From the NCBI GenBank assembly GCA_964291395.2, contig OZ219858.1, forward strand, positions 672,001-736,000: a DNA stretch of 64,000 bases, written 5' to 3'. The notes below the pieces were generated by a model that was not told the origin of the DNA, did no database searches, and saw only the letters and a list, made by a program, of their open reading frames with translations. The DNA comes from Alphaproteobacteria bacterium. GTDB lineage: Bacteria > Pseudomonadota > Alphaproteobacteria > UBA2966. This document shows, one piece after another, positions 56,503-64,000 of the stretch; position 1 is the stretch's first letter; the number at the start of each line of letters is the position of its first letter. A program made the translations under genes and the position numbers.

Positions 56503-57765
56503 CTAATCGTGCAGATCACGGCCTTTCGCTTCGGCCAGTTCTTCGTCCGTCGGCGGACCATCGTGGCTGAAATACCCGGCAGCCTTCTTCGCTTCGATTT
56601 CAACTTGGGCATCCATGGGCACGAGTTCGTCTGGAATGGGAATGCGTTCGACGATATCGATCCCTTGCCGAGTGATCGCGCCATGTTTGGCGTCGCTCAT
56701 GGACACGAACCGGTCGATCCGAGTGACACCAAGCCAATGCAGGACGTCGGGCATCAACTCTTGGAAACGCAAGTCCTGGACTCCGGCGACGCATTCGGTA
56801 CGCTCGAAATAAGTCTCGGCCCGGTCGCCACCTTTCTGCCGCTTGCGAGCGTTGTAGACGAGAAATTTCGTAACCTCGCCGAGCGCGCGCCCCTCCTTGC
56901 GGTTGTAAATGATGAGCCCGGCACCACCTTCCTGCGCCGTCTCGATGCAGACCTCGACGCCATGGGCAAGATAGGGCCGACAGGTGCAGATATCGGAGCC
57001 GAACACATCGGATCCGTTGCACTCGTCGTGCACGCGGCAGGCCAGCTTGCCGGCAGATGAAGTCAGCGCAGCCATGTCGCCGAAGCAGTACACCGTGATG
57101 CCGCCGATGGGTGGCAGAAACACCTTGAGGTCGCGACGGGTAATGAGCTCCGGGAACATGCCGCCGGAGTGCTCGAACAGACTCCGCCGAAGATCACTTT
57201 CAACCACGCCAAAGCGCTCGGCGATGCCGGGTAGGTACCAGACGGGCTCAATCGCCGCCTTCGTCACGCGCGCGCTTCCCATGTCGATCAGGATGTCGCC
57301 GTCGGCTTTCAACCGACCTTCGCGCATTGCCTCCTTGATCTCCGGCATGTTGACGCGAGCTCGGGTCACAGCAATGGTGGGGCGAATGTCCCACCCTTCT
57401 TCCAATTGATCGGCGAAGGCTTCACTCACAACGTGTCCATAAGGGTCGAGGGAGACGATTTTCTCCGGCCGCCGCCATTGTGGATGCGGTCCGATTGGTT
57501 CTGCCGGGGCGGTGTCGGTCAGATCGGGGACGTGCACGGGATTAAGCGTCCCGGCGGCGACGGCCACGGCTCGGTAAAGGCCGTAAGCTCCAGAATGGGT
57601 TCCGATTACATTGCGCCGGGCGGGGCCGGCTAGCGAGGATACGATGGGGCCTCGCTCCCCAGGCGAGGTCGCCCCCCAATTGACGGGTGGCGGTTTGTCG
57701 CCAGTACCGCCCGGGTGGGAGGCGAGGACGATGTGCTTCTTCGTTGCGGATGTCATCGCATTCAT
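56503..57765 (-). CDS. GTP cyclohydrolase II-like protein (URC1 type, with N-terminal extension)
   Basis: RNVIGTHSG.Y, RVHDECNGSDVFGSDICTCR, KEGRALGEVTK, EI.AK.AAGY. Confidence 0.9.
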   Translation of the reverse strand: MNAMTSATKKHIVLASHPGGTGDKPPPVNWGATSPGERGPIVSSLAGPARRNVIGTHSGAYGLYRAVAVAAGTLNPVHVPDLTDTAPAEPIGPHPQWRRPEKIVSLDPYGHVVSEAFADQLEEGWDIRPTIAVTRARVNMPEIKEAMREGRLKADGDILIDMGSARVTKAAIEPVWYLPGIAERFGVVESDLRRSLFEHSGGMFPELITRRDLKVFLPPIGGITVYCFGDMAALTSSAGKLACRVHDECNGSDVFGSDICTCRPYLAHGVEVCIETAQEGGAGLIIYNRKEGRALGEVTKFLVYNARKRQKGGDRAETYFERTECVAGVQDLRFQELMPDVLHWLGVTRIDRFVSMSDAKHGAITRQGIDIVERIPIPDELVPMDAQVEIEAKKAAGYFSHDGPPTDEELAEAKGRDLHD

Positions 57766-58186
57766 GACAGACCTCAATGGCCGACGGTCGATAGCGGTCG
57801 CGCGCGATACCCTCGTCATTCCCGGCACGAATTCGGTGCGGGAGGCAGAACTCTAGGTGAACGGTGCCAAAACCGCTAACTGAAAAGTTCAAGACCCAGA
57901 GCTACTTAGCACCAAAATATAAAGAATCGACGATTCATCCGGCAAATTCCTCGACCGCTACTCGATGCCCCGCACCTCCGACCGGTGGATTGAGCAAATG
58001 AATCTCAGTCCAACGGAAAACGTCGTCCTGTCTTGAAACAGCGGACTGTCCTCGACGGACCGGTACGGGAACTCTCGCCGTGCCTGCCTACCCGCCGACG
58101 CACGATCGCTTGTCATGAATCATCGGTAGGGGCATGCTATTCCCTGCGATTGTGGGGTTTTCTACGCCCACGGGGCTGAGGCTTCG

Positions 58187-61100
58187 ATGTTGGACAAGGC
58201 GCGCGACCGCAAGACGGAACGCATCAAGCAGATCGTCGAACACCTGCGGGCGCGCATGGACAAGAAGCGGGCTCCGTCCGTGGAGCGGTTCGTTCGTCTG
58301 TTTTATCAACGGGCGACGGCGGCCGACTTAGCAGAGAACTCGGCGGAGAATCTCTACGGCGCAGCCTTCAGCCTCTGGAAATTTGCGGAACAAAGGGACC
58401 CCGGCGTTCCGAAGGTTCGTGTCCTCAACCCGCGCGTCGACGAGCAGGGGTGGAAGTCCGCGCATACGGTTATCGAAATCGTCAACGACGACATGCCGTT
58501 CCTGGTCGATTCGATCACCGCCAATCTCAATCGTAAGGGCTACACCGTCCACTTGGTGATCCACCCCATCGTGCGGGTCAAGCGTGATGCCAAGGGTCAA
58601 TTGCTGGAAGTGGTCAGCGCGAAGTCGGGGTCCGAAGCGGCAAATGTCGTCGATGAATCCCATATGCACGTCGAGATCAGCGCGCAATCCTCACCGGAGG
58701 TGCTCGACGAAATCCAGGAGTCGATTCATAAGGTTCTCGTCGACGTTCAGCATGCGGTAGAGGATTGGCGTCCCATGCTGGCGAAGGTGGACGAAGCCAT
58801 CGCCGATCTGAGAGAAAACCCGCCACCAGTAACGGCGGAAGAGACCGAAGAGACAATCTCGTTTCTCGAGTGGTTGGCCGATAACCACTTCACCTTTCTC
58901 GGTTATCGTGAATACACCCACAGGTCGACAGCCAAACGCGCATCCCACAAGGCTGTCGCTGGTTCAGGACTCGGGGTGCTGCGCAATCCCGACTTTCACG
59001 TCTTGGCGGATACCAGGGGCGGTCTGACGGAGTTGTCACCCGAGGTTCAGTATTTTCTGGGCCTTTCCGAGCCCGTCATCGTCACCAAAGCCAATATCCG
59101 TTCCACGGTGCATCGTGCCGTCCACATGGACTACATCGGGATCAAGGCCTTCGACGAGAAGGGCAAGGTCATCGGGGAGCGTCGGTTCATAGGCCTTTTC
59201 ACCTCCGCGGCCTACAACCAGACCCCCGAACAGATCCCTTTCCTCCGGCGCAAGGTCCGACGGACGATCGAGATGTCAGGCCTCGCCGTCGCGAGCCACG
59301 ACGGGAAGGCCCTCGCCAACATCCTCGATACCTTTCCCCGCGACGAGCTGTTCCAGATTTCGGAAGAACAGCTTCATGACACGGCCATTGGAATTCTCGA
59401 AATCCACGAGCGTCCACGAATCAGCGCGTTCTACAGACGCGACCCGTTCCGTCGCTACGTTTCCTGTCTGGTGTACGTCCAGACCTATCGACACAGCACC
59501 GAACTCACCGAACTCATCGGAAAGGCCATCGCCCAGGCGTTCAACGGCTATGTATCGGTGTCCTTTATTCATGTCGGGGATTCACCTCTCGCGCGGATTC
59601 AGTACATCATCGCCACCAAGGAGAAGGAAAAACCGGAGCCGCCCCGCGAAGAACTCGAAGAGCTTCTTCGCGTCGTAGCCCGGACTTGGAGAGAGAATCT
59701 CCGCGATGAACTGCTCGAGCGGTTCGGCGAAGAACGCGGCATTCGACTCTGGCATAAGTATGGGACCGCGTTTCCCACCAGCTACGCAGAGGCGTTCTCC
59801 GCACAGGAAGCGACGTTCGACATCGACGAAATGGAGGGAGTCGTTTCTTCCGGCCGCATTGGCATGAACCTGTATCGGGCGATCGAAGCGCCGGAAAACG
59901 CCCTACGATTCAAGCTCTTCCATCAAGGCGGACCGCTACCGCTGTCGGACACGCTTCCCATGTTGGAGAACATGGGCTTCCGGGTCATCGAAGAACATCC
60001 CTTCGACGTTCGGCTTGAAAGTGACGGCACGTCGATCTGGATCCACGACTACGGTCTGGAGGTGCCGGCCGGCGTTCAATTCGATCTGCACGACATCAAG
60101 GAAAAGCTGCAGGAGGCGTTCGGGCGGGTTTGGTACGGCGAGCTCGAGAACGACGGGTTCAATCGCTTGGTTGTGCGGGCCGGTCTCGAATGGCGGGAAA
60201 TCGTCGTTCTGCGGGCATTCTGCAAGTACCTGAGGCAGACGGGAATCACATTCAGCCAAACGTACATGGAGAGCACGCTTGCCGCGAATGCCGGCATTGC
60301 CCGCGATATCGTCCGTTTGTTCAGGACCCGGTTTGATCCGCACGACCACAAGCGCGCGGCCCACGACGAGGTCTTGCTCGTTCTGAATATCGAGGTGGAA
60401 CTAGAGGCCGTCGTCAACTTGGACGAGGACCGGATTCTTCGGAGGTTCCTGAACCTGGTGCGCAGCATTTTGCGGACGAATTTCTTCCAGCCGGCCGACG
60501 ACGGCAGCCCCAAGCCGTACGTCTCTTTCAAGATCGACAGCCGGAATATTGATGAGCTGCCCCTTCCCCGCCCCTTCGTGGAAACGTACGTCTATTCGCC
60601 ACGCGCCGAGGCCATACACCTGCGTGGGGGGACGGTGGCGCGAGGTGGCTTGCGCTGGTCCGACAGACCGGAGGATTTCCGCACGGAGATCCTCGGCCTG
60701 TTGAAGGCGCAGATGGTGAAGAACGCAGTGATCGTGCCCGTGGGTGCCAAGGGCGGATTCGTGGCCAAGCGCCTGCCAACGGAAGGGGGGCGCGAGGCCG
60801 TCCAGGCTGAAGTCGTCGAGTGCTACAAAATCTTGATTCGTGGGCTCCTCGACCTGGCGGACAACAACGTTGACGGTAAGGTCGTTCCGCCGAAGGACGT
60901 CGTCCGGTTCGATGATGACGATCCCTATCTCGTCGTGGCCGCCGACAAGGGTACCGCGACTTTCTCGGATATCGCCAACGGGGTGGCGATCGACTACGGC
61001 TTCTGGCTGGGAGATGCGTTCGCCTCGGGCGGTTCTGAAGGATACGACCATAAGGGGATGGGCATCACGGCGCGCGGTGCGTGGGAATCGGTCAAACGTC

Positions 61101-63034
61101 ATTTCCGCGAAATCGGGCACGATACACAGACAGAGGACTTCACGGTCGTCGGCATCGGGGACATGTCCGGTGACGTATTCGGGAACGGGATGCTGCTTTC
61201 GCGGCACATCAAACTGATCGGCGCTTTCAACCACTTGCATATCTTCGTCGATCCGGATCCCGACCCCGCCAGGACTTGGACCGAGCGCAAACGGTTGTTC
61301 GAACTTCCACGCTCCGCGTGGACGGATTTCGACAAGAAGCTGATCTCGAAAGGGGGAGATGTTTTCGATCGTTCCGCCAAGTCCGTGAGGCTGACGCCCC
61401 AGATCAAGCGGGCGTTTGGAATCAAGGCGGAGTCGATGACGCCGAACGAATTGATCCACGCCATGCTGACGTCGGAGGTCGATCTTCTGTGGTTCGGGGG
61501 AATCGGGACGTACGTGAAATCTGAAGACGAGACAAACCTCGAGGTGGGCGATCGCGCCAACGATGCCTTGCGCATCAACGGCAAGGATTTGCGCGCCCGC
61601 GTCGTCGGAGAAGGTGCGAACCTGGGTGTGACGCAGCGTGGTCGTGTCGAGTACGCCTTCGCAGGCGGACGAATCAACACCGATGCCATCGACAACTCCG
61701 GGGGCGTCGATTGCTCGGATCACGAGGTCAACATCAAGGTTCTGTTGGACTCGGTCGTCTCCGCAGATGACATGACGCCAAAGCAAAGAGCGCAGCTTCT
61801 GGTGGACATGACTGACGAGGTCGCCGCGCTCGTATTGCGGAACAACTACCTTCAGACACAAGCCATATCGACCGTGCAGAGCCGCGGCACCGTGTTAATG
61901 GAGTCGGAGGTCCGCTTCATGCGTGCGCTGGAGCGCTCGGGTAAGCTGGACCGCGCAATCGAGTTTCTGCCTGACGAAGAGATGATTGCCGAGCGTGAGA
62001 CAAAAGGCCTTGGATTCTCGCGTCCCGAAATTTCCGTGCTTCTCGCGTACGGCAAGATGACGTTGTACGAGGAGCTGCTCGGGACCGACGTGCCCGAGGA
62101 TCCGTATTTCACCGCCGATTTGGTGGCATATTTCCCAAGCGCGCTCCACAAGAAGTTCGTCAAGTCGATCGGGGATCACAGTCTCCGACGGGAGATCGTG
62201 GCGACGCAGATCGCGAACTCGATTGTCAATCGAGCGGGGCTGACATTCGTCAACGACATCATCGAAGACACCCAAATTTCGATTGCCGATATCGCGCGAG
62301 CCTACGTTGCGACACGCGACGCGTTTGATCTCCGGACGCTGTGGGCGGACATCGCGAAACTCGACAACAAGCTCGACGCCGGCCTGCAAACGGAAATGAT
62401 GATCGCTGTCGAGGATCTCATCCGCCATGCGACGATATGGTTCCTCAAGAATGTGCCGCAGCCGATGAATATCTCGAACGTCGTGGAGACGTACGCGCCG
62501 GGCATTGCCGCGATGGCCAAAAGCTTGGACGGTCACCTCGCGGATCTCGAGGCGGCGGCGCTGCAGGAACGCGTATCCCGCTTCGTCGGGAAGGGTGTGC
62601 CGGTGAGCCTGGCGCGACGGGTCGCCGGCCTGGATACCATGCGATCGGTCTGTCATATCGTCCATACGGCAGCCAGCTCGGGGTGGCCGATCGACGAGAT
62701 CGGCCGAACTTACTTCGCGATCGGAGCCCGACTGGGTCTCGACTGGTTGCGTTTCGCCGCGGAGAAGATCGAATTGCAGAACCACTGGGAACGTCTTGCC
62801 GTTGGCGCCGTCATCGAGGACCTCTACGGCCAGCAGCGAACCCTGGTAAACCGGGTCGTGGATCGGGCGAATGGTGTCCTCGATGAGCAGGCCGTCACGG
62901 ACTGGGCGGATGCCAACAGCGCGGCCGTCACGAAAATGTCCGGCCTTATCAACGAGTTTCGTCTCGGTGGAAACGTCGGTCTCGCGCAACTGGCGATCGT
63001 CAACCGGCACATGGCGAGCATGCTGATCTCGTAG
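58187..63034 (+). CDS. gdhB: NAD-specific glutamate dehydrogenase, large form
   Basis: 1615 aa; DMPFLVDS, RGGLRWSDR.EDFRTE, VAADKGTA, GDMSGDVFGNG, DNSGGVDCSDHEVNIK. Confidence 0.95.
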   Translation: MLDKARDRKTERIKQIVEHLRARMDKKRAPSVERFVRLFYQRATAADLAENSAENLYGAAFSLWKFAEQRDPGVPKVRVLNPRVDEQGWKSAHTVIEIVNDDMPFLVDSITANLNRKGYTVHLVIHPIVRVKRDAKGQLLEVVSAKSGSEAANVVDESHMHVEISAQSSPEVLDEIQESIHKVLVDVQHAVEDWRPMLAKVDEAIADLRENPPPVTAEETEETISFLEWLADNHFTFLGYREYTHRSTAKRASHKAVAGSGLGVLRNPDFHVLADTRGGLTELSPEVQYFLGLSEPVIVTKANIRSTVHRAVHMDYIGIKAFDEKGKVIGERRFIGLFTSAAYNQTPEQIPFLRRKVRRTIEMSGLAVASHDGKALANILDTFPRDELFQISEEQLHDTAIGILEIHERPRISAFYRRDPFRRYVSCLVYVQTYRHSTELTELIGKAIAQAFNGYVSVSFIHVGDSPLARIQYIIATKEKEKPEPPREELEELLRVVARTWRENLRDELLERFGEERGIRLWHKYGTAFPTSYAEAFSAQEATFDIDEMEGVVSSGRIGMNLYRAIEAPENALRFKLFHQGGPLPLSDTLPMLENMGFRVIEEHPFDVRLESDGTSIWIHDYGLEVPAGVQFDLHDIKEKLQEAFGRVWYGELENDGFNRLVVRAGLEWREIVVLRAFCKYLRQTGITFSQTYMESTLAANAGIARDIVRLFRTRFDPHDHKRAAHDEVLLVLNIEVELEAVVNLDEDRILRRFLNLVRSILRTNFFQPADDGSPKPYVSFKIDSRNIDELPLPRPFVETYVYSPRAEAIHLRGGTVARGGLRWSDRPEDFRTEILGLLKAQMVKNAVIVPVGAKGGFVAKRLPTEGGREAVQAEVVECYKILIRGLLDLADNNVDGKVVPPKDVVRFDDDDPYLVVAADKGTATFSDIANGVAIDYGFWLGDAFASGGSEGYDHKGMGITARGAWESVKRHFREIGHDTQTEDFTVVGIGDMSGDVFGNGMLLSRHIKLIGAFNHLHIFVDPDPDPARTWTERKRLFELPRSAWTDFDKKLISKGGDVFDRSAKSVRLTPQIKRAFGIKAESMTPNELIHAMLTSEVDLLWFGGIGTYVKSEDETNLEVGDRANDALRINGKDLRARVVGEGANLGVTQRGRVEYAFAGGRINTDAIDNSGGVDCSDHEVNIKVLLDSVVSADDMTPKQRAQLLVDMTDEVAALVLRNNYLQTQAISTVQSRGTVLMESEVRFMRALERSGKLDRAIEFLPDEEMIAERETKGLGFSRPEISVLLAYGKMTLYEELLGTDVPEDPYFTADLVAYFPSALHKKFVKSIGDHSLRREIVATQIANSIVNRAGLTFVNDIIEDTQISIADIARAYVATRDAFDLRTLWADIAKLDNKLDAGLQTEMMIAVEDLIRHATIWFLKNVPQPMNISNVVETYAPGIAAMAKSLDGHLADLEAAALQERVSRFVGKGVPVSLARRVAGLDTMRSVCHIVHTAASSGWPIDEIGRTYFAIGARLGLDWLRFAAEKIELQNHWERLAVGAVIEDLYGQQRTLVNRVVDRANGVLDEQAVTDWADANSAAVTKMSGLINEFRLGGNVGLAQLAIVNRHMASMLIS

Positions 63035-63080
63035 AGCCTTGATTTCGCCTTCGCACGAACGTTTGTCTGGATAGGGAGAC

Positions 63081-64000
63081 ATGGGACAGAGGGAAGACCT
63101 CCGGACACCGGCGACACGTCGGGGCCTCATCGGCTGGGCGCTCTATGACTGGGCGAACTCACCCTTTACGACGCTCATCATTACCTTCGTATTCGCCGCG
63201 TATTTCAGCCGCGGCATCGTCGGTGATGAAGTTCAGGGCCAAGCGCTTTGGGGATACGTGGCCGGTATCAGCGCCGTGTTCGTTGCGATTTTGAGCCCGG
63301 TACTGGGCGCGGTCGCCGATGCCGGCGGACGCCGCAAGCCGTGGATCTGTCTGTTCAGCGGTCTTTGTATCGTCTGCTCCGCCCTTCTCTGGTACGCGGA
63401 ACCCGTGCCGAACGCCATTCCGCTCGCGATGGTCCTGGTGATCCTGGCCAATATCGGATTCGAGTTCGGCATCGTGTTCAACAATGCGATGCTTGGCGAC
63501 ATCGTTGGACGCGAACGCCTTGGCCGTTGGTCGGGGTGGGCCTGGGGAATCGGCTATATCGGCGGTCTGGCGGCGTTGTTCACCATGCTTTTCGGCTTCA
63601 TTCAGACCGACGAGCCCTGGTTCGGTGTGGGCAAGGAAAACGCGGCGAATATTCGCGTCGTGGGGCCGTTGGTGGCCTTCTGGTTTGCCATCTTCGTGAT
63701 CCCGCTGTTCCTGTTCACACCTGATCGCGACGTCAGCGCTCTGCCCTTGGGGCAGCGGATGAGGCAGGGCGTGAGCGCGCTCGGCACGACGTTGCGCGGA
63801 CTGACGGGCGAGCACGCCAACGCCATGCGGTTCCTCATCGCCCGGATGATTTACAACGACGGACTGGTGATCGTGTTTGCTCTGGGCGGGGTTTATGCCG
63901 CCGGGCGTTTCAATATGGAACAAGCCGAACTCATTCAGTTCGGAATCGTCATGAACGTCACAGCGGGGCTCGGCGCCATTGCGTTCGCTTGGTTGGACGA
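63081..64000 (+). CDS. MFS transporter, UMF1/ATG22-like (truncated by window end)
   Basis: Manual translation MGQREDLRTPATRRGLIGWALYDWANSPFTTLIITFVFAAYF...; W..YDWANS signature; GGAG RBS upstream. Confidence 0.85.
   Translation, partial: MGQREDLRTPATRRGLIGWALYDWANSPFTTLIITFVFAAYFSRGIVGDEVQGQALWGYVAGISAVFVAILSPVLGAVADAGGRRKPWICLFSGLCIVCSALLWYAEPVPNAIPLAMVLVILANIGFEFGIVFNNAMLGDIVGRERLGRWSGWAWGIGYIGGLAALFTMLFGFIQTDEPWFGVGKENAANIRVVGPLVAFWFAIFVIPLFLFTPDRDVSALPLGQRMRQGVSALGTTLRGLTGEHANAMRFLIARMIYNDGLVIVFALGGVYAAGRFNMEQAELIQFGIVMNVTAGLGAIAFAWLD

Noticed and set aside
56503-57765. Riboflavin biosynthesis ribA
   Set aside because: The long N-terminal domain and linkage to URC4 and upp indicate the URC1 subfamily; no rib genes nearby.

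Overview
GC-rich alphaproteobacterial (probably Rhodospirillales-like) chromosomal segment with two halves. The left half (about 0.7-30.4 kb, next to tRNA-Arg(CCT)) is an accessory catabolic region with an organosulfur/organohalide theme. It encodes an LLM monooxygenase, a DddP-like DMSP lyase, TauD with a sulfonate-type ABC transporter, a divergent two-subunit Fe-S hydratase, a TRAP transporter, a fluoroacetate-dehalogenase-like hydrolase, and an MsmAB-like Rieske oxygenase in an operon with a CoxMSL-type molybdoenzyme. It also carries IS and toxin-antitoxin remnants and two frameshifts. The right half is mostly core genes: rpoH2, carD, fdxA, an S4-domain protein, a helicase, tRNA-Val, rpmJ, glcDEF, pyk, glycerate kinase, scpA, a URC1-URC4-upp operon and the large NAD-GDH. 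The most striking signal not explained by coding genes is the ~960 bp intergenic region 18241-19201. It appears to hold two convergent, independently promoted and terminated non-coding RNAs. One (~190 nt, + strand, UUCG-capped hairpins) lies downstream of an 11-bp-phased DnaA-box array. The other (~90 nt, - strand) has tandem NrdR-like boxes at its promoter, and its 5' end is complementary (16/19 nt) to an internal segment of the first. All family assignments come from motif recognition by eye, not database searches.
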